Assembly: GCA_002189035.1 (NCBI GenBank)
Contig: CM007990.1
Span: 496,001-560,000 of the forward strand
Length of the DNA: 64,000 nucleotides
Direction: 5' to 3'
DNA from: Utricularia gibba
Lineage: Eukaryota > Plantae > Magnoliophyta
How positions within the stretch are numbered: position 1 is the stretch's first letter; each line of letters starts with the position of its first letter. Positions 1-12,050 of the stretch are shown here, piece after piece. Under the pieces are notes generated by a model. The model was not told where the DNA came from. It was given only the letters and a program-made list of their open reading frames with translations, and made no database searches. Position numbers and translations under genes: made by a program.

Positions 1-1152
1 AATTAGGGCCAAAGGATCTTCCGATCATTGCTAGAACGGTTGGGAGATTGGCTGGGCGTGCTATTGGGTATGCTCAAATAGCGCGCGGCCAGTTCAATAG
101 CGTTATGCAGCAATCCCAAGCGCAGCAGGTACCGAATTGTGTGCGAAATTCATCAGCAGAAGTTGATTTTCTCGTATGAAGTTCTGGGAAACTGTTTATC
201 AGGTACATAAGGAATTGCAAGATGCCATGGCCCAATTGGAAGCCATTCGCCATGAAATCAGGACAGTTTCATTCATGAATCCTGGCTCAATGACAACTAG
301 GCTTGTGGACAAGATCGCTAACGAACCATTTGATGTTAATGGTGTGTCTGTTGCTTAACCATTTGTTGCACATTCATTTGGAATTGCATTTCACAGTACC
401 TCTTTTTCATGTGGTTTAGTAAAGAAGGATTCTTCGGAATCTCATAAAGAGAGTTCATTGAATCCCCGGGAGGACACCCCCAGTGTACCTAAGGTAACAT
501 CTTTTTTGTTGTGTGGAATGGGAGAAGCTTCAACCTGCTTTTCTGCTGAATTTGTTCCTTTGTATTGAGTTACGTGATTCTGATTTGTGATTTATCTCCT
601 GTATTAATCACTATGCTTTTAGACACCCCGCGCCTAGAAATCAGATAATCAGCTGATATCCAGCTTTAGCTGCATTCTCCTTCCCTCCCCGGCATCGCCC
701 ATGTTACATCATTCTTGCACCGTTTTTGTCGAATGATCCACCATCTTAAAGCCAGACACTTCTGTATCCTCAAGGACCACATTCAAGCAACCCCATCATG
801 TTCCGACATGCATGCCGAGGCAACAGCATATGCAAGATTGGCAGAATCCATGCCTTTCAACTCAAACTCCATGGATGAAGTCATCAAAGAGCTGAAGGAT
901 GGTTCAGGGCAGTTCGTCATTCTTCCCATATCAGCAGAGACTGCAAAACTACTACCCAACCGAAAAGGTTAGGACCTTTATCTCATCTCAGATTCATTCA
1001 TGGCTCCCAGTCTTCTGTCCTGAACAAATGTGACCTTCTTAGGCAGCTTAACGGGATCCGACATCCTCCTGGAAGCCATACTCGAGGAAGGGGTTGCCCA
1101 TGATGCACAAGGATTTCTGTACAACGCTCAAAGCCATACGGAAAAGGGATAA
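1..1152 (+). CDS. TATB: Mitochondrial TatB-like Sec-independent translocase subunit (5' end outside window, multi-exon)
   Basis: Spliced translation LGPKDLPIIARTVGRLAGRAIGYAQIARGQFNSVMQQSQAQQ|VHKELQDAMAQLEAIRHEIR...LHAEATAYARL...ILPISAETAKLLPNRK|...GSDILLEAILEEGVAHDAQGF; stop TAA 1150-1152; GT-AG introns. Confidence 0.85.
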
Positions 1153-1477
1153 TTCTTAAGCGCCACCTCTGATCACTTACAAATCTGAATATCATGTAAC
1201 ATATATTTGAAAAAATTGATCATATTTAATATTAATTTTTTTAATGTAAGAAAACCATACAATTTAGAAAGAAAGAGAAGGCATTGAATTTAACCTAAAG
1301 CAGTAGAAAGTACAGAGACAAGAGACAGGGAAATTGAACTGAATGTCGCAGGAAAGATTTCAGCCACCCACATGCACGTTTGTTCTTCCTTCTTCTTCCT
1401 CTTCTTCTTCCATTGTCGTATTCAGAGTGCTCGTGAATACGAGAAGGGAAGAAGATGCCGACCCCAACCGGGAACTC

Positions 1478-2158
1478 CTACTTGGGAGCTTGAACCTGCA
1501 ACCCTTTGGCTTCGGAGCCCCTCATGATCCTCATCCTTTTGCAGGAAGCAACGAACATCTCCCATGGCACATCTCCCACCAGCATCCAATCCCCATCCTT
1601 GTCTTGGTACGTCGGCGCGTACGGGGATGCGCTACTGTACCCCTCCCTTCCTGTTCCTGGGAACAAAAGGCGAGACCTTTAGAGATGTAAAGAAGAAGGG
1701 AAAAGGATGAGATGGAGGTTACCCAGGTTGCAGTTGTACATGTTCTGCAGAGCTGTGAGCAAATCGGCGTAGTTGTGGTAGAAGTTGAGGTCGATTTTCC
1801 TCAGATACGGAGCTCCATCCATGCTCACCTTCACAAACATGGCCCCGGAACGGTTATCCTCTTCCCCGGTTTTCCCGTCATGCTGCTGATGGAGAGTGTT
1901 TTTACGGTAGGAAGATCTCACCGGCGGCCACCCGACAACTTGCTGCCTGAAAAGTCATCAGAATCCATATCACCAACTGAGCCCGGGAGAGGACAAAACG
2001 TTAGGAACTCACTTCTGAAGAGGAGCGCCGCCGCCGCTTTTCTCGATTTCGGCGGAAGATCTCTTGCAGTGGAGCGATGCTGAAGAAGAAGACTTCCGGA
2101 TTTCATCGGATCCCGGCAGCCCCAAACGAAGCTCCATGGCGTCAAGTTTCAGATCCAT
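1478..2158 (-). CDS. IAA: Aux/IAA repressor, short IAA1-4-like type (3 exons)
   Basis: [15 protein letters not shown] (domain I), [14 protein letters not shown] (degron), [17 protein letters not shown] (III), [20 protein letters not shown] (IV); introns 1947-2012 and 1657-1722. Confidence 0.95.
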
Positions 2159-2299
2159 TCAGCTTCAAGATGGCGATGATGGCAGCCGAAGAGTGGGGGA
2201 GTTTTATGGGGCGAACGGAGAAAATGACCCACGCCTAGGAGTGCTTTTAACGGCGTTAGTTGGAGTTAACGGAGGACCAATCTGATAGCCCGTCCTCCG

Positions 2300-4750
2300 T
2301 GAGACGAACCAACGGTCAGATGGTGGGCCCACCACCTTCTACGGACAGATTTCACTGTCGGGTACTGAAAGAGCAGGCTTACATTTTAAGATATATTTGT
2401 ATTATAAATAAATCAAAAATCATTTTTTATTATTAAAAAAATTGTAAATATTCAAATTTATTTCATTAAAATAATATAATAATAATTCCAAATCCCCAAT
2501 AATTCAATTAATTTCGTATTTTTGTATTGTGTACATACAACAAGAGTGGGCTTATTTATTTTGCCATCCTTTTCCTTGTCATTGAATTGATATTCGTGAG
2601 GCGCGAAAGCCTGTAAGAAAAGGACACGCCACGTGAGATGGGCCCCAGGGGCATGAACTGTCCGGGGGTGGCCTCGCCACCCACATGGGCTTTTATTACC
2701 CTGGCCCAATAAACCCATTTCCGTACCACGTCTCACCCATCCTCCCCTCTTCTGTGTACAAGTGTCCGACACCGCACCCCCACACTAGTTTGATGGTATG
2801 TATATGATAAAAATAGTCATTTTAAATATTATTTTGTATCTTATTATATGAAATGGAAACAATGAATCACCATTTTTCTAAATAATTGATATTGATTCCT
2901 CCTCTAAACTCAATCTCCTTAATCGAATCATTCGATACATTAGACATGTTAGTGAATTGTGTTCGATTCAAAAAAAGTATGCTTATTTGAGTACAAAGTC
3001 AACTCGAGTAGGGTTTGATTTGGAAATGCCCAAGATCCTTTGATTGAATTTTATCAATGCTCACATTTCCTTCGATTGAAGTTCATCGTAACGATTTCGA
3101 ACCCGAAACCGGAATCAAATAAGCATGTTGCATTGCTTTTGGATTAAGTAATTGGGGCATGACAAGAATGTGACCACATAGTTGAAGATGAAGTACCATG
3201 TCTTGGTACTACTATCAATGCCCATTTGAAGGTACATCACTTCATCCTACTACCTTATAAAATAGGTGGCTTTAGTGTTATATATCAAAGTTTTATTAAA
3301 TAATATTTACCGAATAATGTGTGTTGATCATAGTTCAAAGTTTGATATATCGAAAATAAAATGTTTTTTTGTTTAGAGTATAAGGTTAATAATTTGTGTA
3401 TGAAAAGCTATGATATATTAAAAAGCTTGTTTTTCTTAATTTAAAACTTGGATATAATAAATGAATTGATTTTATTTAAATAAGTATTCATTTTATTCGT
3501 AATTTTCAGGAGAAAATGATTGAATTTCGAATATATTATGGAAATCCGAAATTGAAAGAAGGGGAAGGATGATGGCCGCACGTGTTTCGCGTTAAATGGA
3601 ATGGGCCAGGCCGCACGGGCGCCTATCCTTTGTGGTTAAGGATTCAGGTTCAGGCCCATGTGTGGGGCCCATTAATTTATGCCTGAAGTAGACAAATGGT
3701 AAAAAATAAACAACATTAACTACTCCAGAAATTACCACACAAGTGTCACCGCGTCCACGTGTCGGCGCACTTGGCAAGTGAGAGCACGCGCCTTCGTTTG
3801 TTTACTTCTATCTCCAAATATCTGATCTGATCCTCCCTCACCCATTTGGCTGATGTGGCAGATGGGTGGCCCACTAGCCTTTATTATCAGGCTCCAGGTA
3901 TTTGGGCTTCCGTCCAGACAGTAATTGGGCCGGCCCATGTATTAATATTGCACTATCCAACTACTTTTTGGACATCCCTTATGCCACTAAACAATGCCCA
4001 ACACATGCGAAGTATTCGTTCTTTTTTTTTTTATCTAAATCTTTCAAAATTATTTTAAAAAATTTTATTTAAATTTTGAATCTTACATTAAATCTATATA
4101 AGAATGTGTAGTAAAGATTATAATAGTTTGAAAGATATGATGCTCGGATCAAAGGGTGTAACTGCCATCGACCCGGGTGATTGAATTCGGACCACCCAAA
4201 GTGAAACCGGGTGCGGGTCACGGGTGATGGACCATGGGTGCGTGCATCAGGACCAGGAGTCCGAGTGCAGTGTCACAACCGAACCCCGCTTAGCCCGTAC
4301 GTACTTGGTGGCCAAATAGAGCACATGGGTAATAGCCATTGACTTAGGCCCAACATCTTCACGTGCCCACACCTCATGTGGGCCATCCTCATCCCCTCAC
4401 GGGCCCCACGGCCACCGTACACACTCAATTAAAAAAAGATATCATTTAGTCAATAATTTTTTTTAAAAAATAGAATAAATATTTTGAAAATGTAAAAATT
4501 ATTTTTTAAAATGAATGAAAACCGACATCTAAAACGTATTAATTAGAAATGTTTTTATATGGAATTTATGATAATAATGGAGAAATGATGAAGACGGTTG
4601 TGTTTTCCGGGGGAGAAGGAATTATGTCGACAGGGCCAAGATCGGCAGCGACCGCGGTCGCCATCAAGATCGGGATGTCCAACTCATCCGGCCGTCCACG
4701 TGTACCGTTGTCAACGCCCGAGATTTCACAACCCACGTCCCTATAATGCC
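2300..4750. promoter_or_regulatory. Shared bidirectional promoter region of the Aux/IAA pair with TGTCGG AuxRE-type, G-box and TCP-type motifs
   Basis: TGTCGG/CCGACA at 2356, 2766, 3760 and 4522; CACGTG at 2630 and 3756 (overlapping the 3760 AuxRE); GGACCA at 4189, 4229 and 4250; many TGGGCC/GGCCCA. Motif matches only. Confidence 0.55.
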
Positions 4751-4786
4751 GCTCCACACTGGCTAAGCACACGCTTCGCGCACTAC

Positions 4787-4813
4787 ACCAGACCAGACCA
4801 GACCAGACCAGAC
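4787..4813 (+). repeat. (ACCAG)5 microsatellite in the 5' UTR region of the Aux/IAA gene
   Basis: Direct reading accagaccagaccagaccagaccagac. Confidence 0.9.
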
Positions 4814-4904
4814 GAGAGGAGAGGAAGAGGAAGAGGAAGATACCGCATTTTTTTTCTGTTTCCGACCGGAGAGATCTGCCTGCTGGAATCACGGGAAGGA
4901 CGCA

Positions 4905-6075
4905 ATGGCGAATTACGACGGCGTGCTGTGGGAGACGGAGCTCAGGCTTGGGTTACCTGGGGGAGGTGGAGGAGGGGAGCCAACGGCGCCTCTTCTTCCT
5001 TCTGGGAAGAGAGGGTTTTCTGAGACGGTGGATTTGAAGCTGAATCTTGGCGCTAAGGAGATGAATTTTGAGGGGACAAGGCGGAGGATGTCAAGGATAA
5101 GGACAATCTATCTTTCTCCGCCAAGCCGCCGACCAAGTCGGTCCTTCTCCGCCGCTTTTTTCTTGTTTTGCTTTTCTTTCCTTTTTTTTTGTTTTCGCTG
5201 CTCAGTTTGACTGGGTTTGTGGTGCTATGAGATTGATTGTGCGGTTCGGTTGCAGGGCGCAGGTTGTGGGTTGGCCGCCTGTACGGTCATTCCGCAGAAA
5301 CGTGGCCGCTGTTCAGAAGAGGTCCGGCGGTGAAGCTGAGGAGACGGAGAAAGGATCTTCCGCCGTCGGAGCTCCCACCTTGGTGAAGGTGAGCATGGAT
5401 GGAGCACCCTACCTCCGTAAGGTTGATTTGAAGATGTTCAAGAGCTATCAACAGCTCTCTGATGCTCTGGGCAAGATGTTCAGCTCCTTCACCACAAGTA
5501 AGCACTGCCACCGAGCAAATCTTCAAAGACGAGTCCATGAATTCTTCTGTTTCTGCATCCTTCTCGCACACCCAGAAATAGCACTGCATATGAGAACTCA
5601 CAAGTTGAAAAGCCATTCTCTAAAAAAAAGTTAGTGACTAACTTTGGTTGTGTTCATTGGAGGTAAATGCGACCCACAAGGTATGTTGGATTTCATGAAT
5701 GAGAGCAAGCTTATGGACCTCCTTAGCAGCACAGACTACGTGCCAACATATGAAGACAAGGATGGAGACTGGATGCTCGTCGGTGATGTTCCATGGGAGT
5801 AAGTCTACAACATTGCAGATGTATAGCTATACAGATGTGTTGTATATCCATCAGCCATGAATGCTCATGCTTTCCTGCACCAACACAAAACAGGATGTTT
5901 GTTGAATCATGTAGGCGCCTCCGCGTTATGAAGACTACAGAGGCAAAGGGACTTGGTTAGTATCAAAAACCGACCTTAACCATTCGATAATGTTTATGAC
6001 TTGGGCTCACAGTGTGAGTAAAATGTTATTGTTTCAGCTCCTCGTGCAATAGAGAAGTGCAAAAGCAGAGTCTGA
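4905..6075 (+). CDS. IAA: Aux/IAA repressor, IAA7/14/16/17-like (5 exons; 1-nt frameshift in exon 1 as assembled)
   Basis: [29 protein letters not shown]|[53 protein letters not shown]|[13 protein letters not shown]...[12 protein letters not shown]; TGA 6073-6075. Confidence 0.93.
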
Positions 6076-7873
6076 GTGGAAGGCGGGGAAGTCAGCTTGT
6101 TCAGTTGATCTTGCTGGTTGGGCATTCTCCTGCCACAGAACAAGATGGATGGAGCATGAATCATGATGTGTGCCTAGTGTTGTTGTACTCCCTGTTTATT
6201 AAAACTTTGTTTCCAAATGGCTATGGCTGGGCTCCCCTTGGTTTGCTGTCTTTGTGTAGTTCCTGCACTGTAACTTTCATGGCATGGTGTGTCTGAATAA
6301 TATCTTCAATTTCAACAACTCTTCCTCACCTGTAATACCACAAATATGTATCAGTTTCACAGTGTTGTGTGTATGCACTTGCCTTTGCTCTTCCCTATCT
6401 AACTCCATTATTGACTTGGAAGCTTGTTCCGGATAAAAATGTGACCTTGAAGGTCATGGGGGACATATGAACCCCACAAGTGGAGATTCCAATTAACAAG
6501 ACATATGAAGGGTGTCGAGGGAATCACTTGAATTTTATATTAGGAAACAAACTTATAAAAAATAGAAGAAAACCAGAGGGAAACAGGCCATGTGCAACAT
6601 TGAATATATTATACATGAATGGAGCAACAACTGACTACCAAGAAAAGTTAACCAGGGCAGTGGCTCAGCAATTAGCTATAACAAAAGCATCCCTTATTAG
6701 TAGGTAAGCATGTGAAAACTGACTCTGAATACTTGTAAAACTGACTGAATTTCAACAAGTAACTCATCTGCTTAAGCAGCCTTTTGTGTGCACAGTGAAA
6801 CATGAACAGAGACAAAGTTTTCATTCAGGGTTGAAAATGAGGCAAAGATTTTGGCAGATGTGAGTAAAAAACTGCATTACCTGCAGCGATTCAGAGAACC
6901 GTCAGAAGTGAGACAGGGCAGGGAGGGGCTTGGGAACTTACGCCTCTGTTGCAGCAATTAATATCAATGGGATGAGAGCCGAGCCACTCACCTGTCGACA
7001 TATGTCATCTCAGGACCCCCCTGTGCACACCTGTTGCAGTTCTGGTACATGTACAAAACTTAAAAATATCATCGTTTTCCATCCACTGCTTCCATGACTC
7101 AGTTCACAGAGTCTGGAATGTCAATCTTACGTGGTTTGAAGCTGAAACTATGTATGGTTATCTCCTTGCAATATGTTTCCATATTTTGCATATTTCCAAG
7201 TAATACTTTTTAATTAAAAGCAGGATCCATCATCTATGTGATTAGGAGGAAGGTAGCAGAAAGACAGCAAAACTGGCATACATTCAGAATTGTAATGAAT
7301 GTGGCCTCCAAGCAATGCAAGTGTGCCCGCAATTATATGACTGAATTTTGATGTACAACTTACCTTCAGATCAAACTTTCTCTGCCACCTTTAACTACAA
7401 GAAATTTACAGAAGTGAAAACAACCATATGAACAGAAGCATTCTATGCGCATGTTCAAGCAAAGAACAAAGATACCAAAGCCTTTACCCTTGTATTTGGT
7501 CTATGTTCAGTTGCAACCATGGATGGCATGGGAAAAGCCATCACCAGTTCCTTTGTATATCCTCAAAGATGACAATCCTTCTGATGGCTTCACAGAGGAG
7601 TCATCATCAATGAAGGACTTGTTCTTCCTAATCATTTCAACAATAGTATAAAATAACCTTGCACATTGACAAACAATGCAAAACAATAACCTCTGTCTCA
7701 TCTCATGGTCTGATATATGGCACAGTTAATTTAGCTTACATGCTTGCAATAGTGGGACTCCAATTCATGTGCCCAAGAGAAGTTATTATAGCACTATTCA
7801 TTCTTTGATGATAAGCAACATCACAAGGTAACAAAATGGAGAGATACAGATGCTGATAGTGAGGGTGAAATTT

Positions 7874-8367
7874 TCAAAGGGAGAGACCAGATTCCTCATC
7901 CTCATCGAGGGAGGAAGTGTAAACGATGTAGAAGGACCAGATGAGTGCGAACACGCCCCCAGAATCCACACCAAAAGATTGTTGCTCAGTCCGAACGGAA
8001 GCCCGGTTCCCTCCGTGCTCAGCCTCTCGTCCACCAGAGCCAAAGCCGCGGTTGGGTTCCACGTCGCCGCGGCCGCGATCATCGCTGCCGCCCCCAACTT
8101 GGCGACATCGCCTTCTTGTTTAGGCTTCTTCGCCTCCACGGAGCACCTGGCTCTGCCCCCCTTGTATGGCAACGCTAGGCCTGCGAGCGTTTCATTCATT
8201 CACTCAACAAAAAGGGGAAAAGCCAATACAAAAAAAGCAGTGCCTCTCCACTGCATCAATAAGTGGCCTCTAACCGGAAACCGCGAGGGATCCGCCCACG
8301 GGGCCTTCCGGGGGACGACGACGGCGCGTGGAATGGAGGCTGAGGTGCAGGTGGATATCGCTGCCAT
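7874..8367 (-). CDS. PSBW: Photosystem II reaction centre W protein, chloroplastic (1-nt frameshift near 7956-7960)
   Basis: Transit peptide [11 protein letters not shown]..., then [28 protein letters not shown] / [27 protein letters not shown], split over two frames. Confidence 0.95.
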
Positions 8368-8710
8368 TTTTCCCCTTCCCTGATCGGAAAAAGCTAGATC
8401 CAATGTATCACCTCCGTGGGCGGGGAAGGGGGGATTAATATCCAACGCCAACCACAAATCAAAGATCACACTCCCAAGCTCCTCATCCACCAAGAGCCAA
8501 TCCCATGCCGCCACATGCAGTCGCATCCCTCATTACAGGGTGTATGTCATGTAATAGTGTTCAATAATTTCAACAAATAAATCCAAGTAAAATATCTGCG
8601 ACAAAAATGGGTTCTACAAAGAAACTCAGCCCTGCCTGTTATTGTCATAGAATCTGCTGTAGCCAAAATCAGATGCTGTGGATGGTCAAGAGGTAGAGAT
8701 GTTACTCTGC

Positions 8711-11605
8711 TTACTCGTGGATATTGCACTGTCTGAGTAAAGGATCATCGAAGTTGAGGTGTTTCTGCCACAAGGGCTTGAACTTTTCGATACCATTTTC
8801 AAGCCATGGTTTCTGGATTCCGTTGAAGTGGAGGACGGCTGCATGTTCGATGTCATCGGGACGGATGTTGGGGTCGTATCCGAGCCCGGTGACGTGCCAG
8901 CTCTTGTCTAAAGCAGCCGTGTTGTTGTGGAATGTTAGCCAGCCGATGCCTGTGCTGCCTGCCGCCTTGAACCAGTGATGCTCTTTGCCCTGTAGGCCAA
9001 AGGGGGTTTTCTTTTAGTGCAGCTGCAAGAGCTAAACAAGCCGAGATGATAAAGACAAGTACTCACTATGAGATGGTATTGGGCGTAGAGCATAGAAAGC
9101 CCTCGGTCTCTCCATGAAGTAAGGTTGAAAAGATTCAATCCAAAGGCCCAGGTGCAGGATGAGGGTTCGAACGCATGAGCCAATATGGGGTCAGTGAAAT
9201 TGATAAATGCATTCATTCTTGTGAGTGAGGGCTCGTCTTCGGTGCAGGCCATGGTGGCTGCATTGACTTTGCCTTTCATGTCTGTGTCCCAGAGTGGGGT
9301 TAAATCCCTTTGGACAACCACGTCATGATCAAGAAAGAGAATCATATCGAGATCAGGGAAGACATCAGGCAAAAAGAAGCGAAGGTGATTGAGCTCTGAT
9401 GTAAACCGGGGATCAGAGGAGCCCTCTCCCTGCAGCGACACATTATAGAACTCAGCAAGCCAATGCCAATTTTCTATGCTCTCCACTTGCACTACGGATT
9501 TTCCTGGGGGGTTTGATATGAACCACATCCTTATTGCAGGGAGGTTGAGGGAATCTGTTATGATATGGAATACCATACTCTCAGATCCCTGCAAATTAAC
9601 AAAAAGAGGGCATCAGTTTAGTGTTGGTGGAGGAAGAAAGAGGGAGAATTTACTCACGCTGGAAGAAGAGATAGTTGAGTTCACAACAACTGCACAAGCC
9701 AGGACATTGTCTGAGAAGATGGAAAAATGATAAAGATCAGAATTTGTCGATTTTCCTTTGTAGGGGAGACTTCTTTTCTCGATATCCAGAGCAAAATATT
9801 CTGCAGTCAACCTCATAGAGAGACAATGATAGCCTTTGGTGATGCTTCTTCCACCTAGGGTTCTGAGAAAATATTCTTGATTCTTGTTTGCAGTGATCTG
9901 TGATTCTGCTTTATAAATCATCGCACGAAGTTTCTTTACTATTGCGGAGCAATCAGGGTAGATGCGGCCAACTTTTGATACGGTGTATTGCAACACTTTC
10001 TTCTTGTGCATTGAACTGAGAATATGAACTAATGAAGCGTTTTATTCAATGTCATTGAAAACCCAGTGTAGGCAGCGTGTGTGCTGTATCTAAGGTGTGA
10101 CTAGTGCAGTACCTTCGTGACATATTCGAATCTTCAGTGGTTCGTCTTATGGCTCTTTCGAGGTCCTTTATCCGAAGCTTCAACTCTTTCACAATAGGAG
10201 ATCTGTTGTTTGGCCCCTGCTCTGCCATATACAAGTATTCTTTGGCCTTGAGCACTAGATCTTTCATTTCTGCAATATTCTCCTCCAACTTTCTCCTTGA
10301 CCTCGAGTGGACGACTCTGTTTTCTGCTTCCTTTAGGGAAACATACAAAAAATTAAAGAAATCAACATGCAGCAAAATAAGGAGCAATGAAGTAGAGCCT
10401 TGAAAATGTTGACATTGAGAGTCTGGAGGTGATGCAACAGTCTATTCACAAAAAGGTAATGAAAAAAAACCCATGCGCCTTAAATGTGACATGCTTTCCA
10501 TAGTTGTTCTGAAACTCATTGATGCCATCTATCTCAAGGCAACAATCTCGTATTTATGCATATGACATTAGCATACCCTAAAATCAGATTCTGCAGACTC
10601 GTCCTCTTCTAGATTTTCTTCATCATCTCCCTTTCCCAGTTGTCTAGGTGCTGAAACAATAGGGTAACGCAAATGAAAAAAAATATATCTTTGGAAGGTT
10701 TTCCTGAACATATCTGTATGAAATTGATAAAAAGTTACCACTCACCTACATTCTCTGAAGATGTTTTCAAACGATCTCCAAACACTAGTTCAGGCTCTGT
10801 TTTGTCCTCGATTTCTTCCTGGAATCACAATTGCATCACACAAGAAAATAATAAAAGGCACAGCTTCACTGAGTGGAATTTAGTTTACAATGTCTACTTA
10901 GACTCAAACAAGAGTACCGTACCCCTGAATGAAATACTGCCAAAGCTTCAATCTCCACCTTTTCTGCATCATAATCTTTGTGCTGCCTAGTTTCTAAACT
11001 TGAATAAAGGGGAAAAGAAAACGGCCCTTAAGGTCCAACAGATCAGCATCAAATCCCAAAAGACTCCAACTCACCATTACTTCCCGAAGAGTCTGGTACA
11101 TGATCTTCGAACACCAGCGGAGGTACCTCTTTCTGATCTTCCATTTCTTCCTATAAGCGCAGAATTATTTCATAATGATCTAGGAAAAAAAATAGTACAT
11201 ATATGATACACTGGATCTTCAAGACAAACCACTAAATCCGTACCTGTTGCTCCAAATTAAGCACTCGAGCCTCCGCTCTTTGTTTCTGTGCATAAACATT
11301 TCATGAGAGATCACTATTCAAATTTCTGTAAAAGAACCAACAAGTATTCCGCAAGCATAAAAAAAGACAAAACGCGTACAATGAAATGCAAATCCTCAAT
11401 AGCGTGTTCATCGACTGCACAGCAAGAAAAAACGCGGATCAGGTCGCTAGCTACAAAACTACACACTAATCATAACCGCAAGAATCATCAGCGTACTGCG
11501 AGAGTGAACACTTTTAAGCCTTCGCAGCAGACAGATAGGGCCAAAAACAGAGGAAAACAGAAAACAGAGGATCAACGTCCTCGAGAATTTTCGAGGCGCC
11601 TTCAT
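8711..11605 (-). CDS. GAUT: Galacturonosyltransferase, GT8 family, GAUT5/6-like (multi-exon)
   Basis: N-terminal TM MKAPRKFSRTLILCFLFSSVFGPI; KGYHCLSMRLTAEYF; FSDNVLACAVVVNST; LNHLRFFLP; FLDHDVVVQRDLTPLW; C-terminal LRQCNIHE*. Confidence 0.93.
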
Positions 11606-12050
11606 CAACCAACCGCCGCCAACTCAGGATTTCCAATCCCGAGACTTGGAGAAGAGAAATGAACGAACCGCCGGCGTAGGAGATCGGAGACTAGGGTTTT
11701 GAATCGCTTTCCGATTTCCTCTATCTGAGAGCGCGGGGATGGCGGAACAGAGAAGGTACGGCATCCTCCCTTTTTATACGCATGCATGGAACGTGAGCAA
11801 CCGTCGCTGAGTGATCATGATTCATGGCCAATCCGTACTTTTCACTGGGCCCCATCTAAAATATAAATAAATACTTTTATTATAAATAATCCAACAATGT
11901 TACTAGTATAGGCCGACCCGGGCCGGGCCCAAACAATCACAGCCCATACTATATATAATTATTCCGGCCCATTATAAGCCCAACCAGTAACCTTCACCTG
12001 TATGTATATATTCTCTCCAATGCGCTACTGCTACTGAAATACAACCTTCT

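Noticed and set aside
6100-7800. Short ORFs and several splice-like signals on the minus strand between IAA and PsbW
   Set aside because: No recognisable protein, stops in all frames, and one candidate intron only 46 nt; cannot be supported without RNA data.
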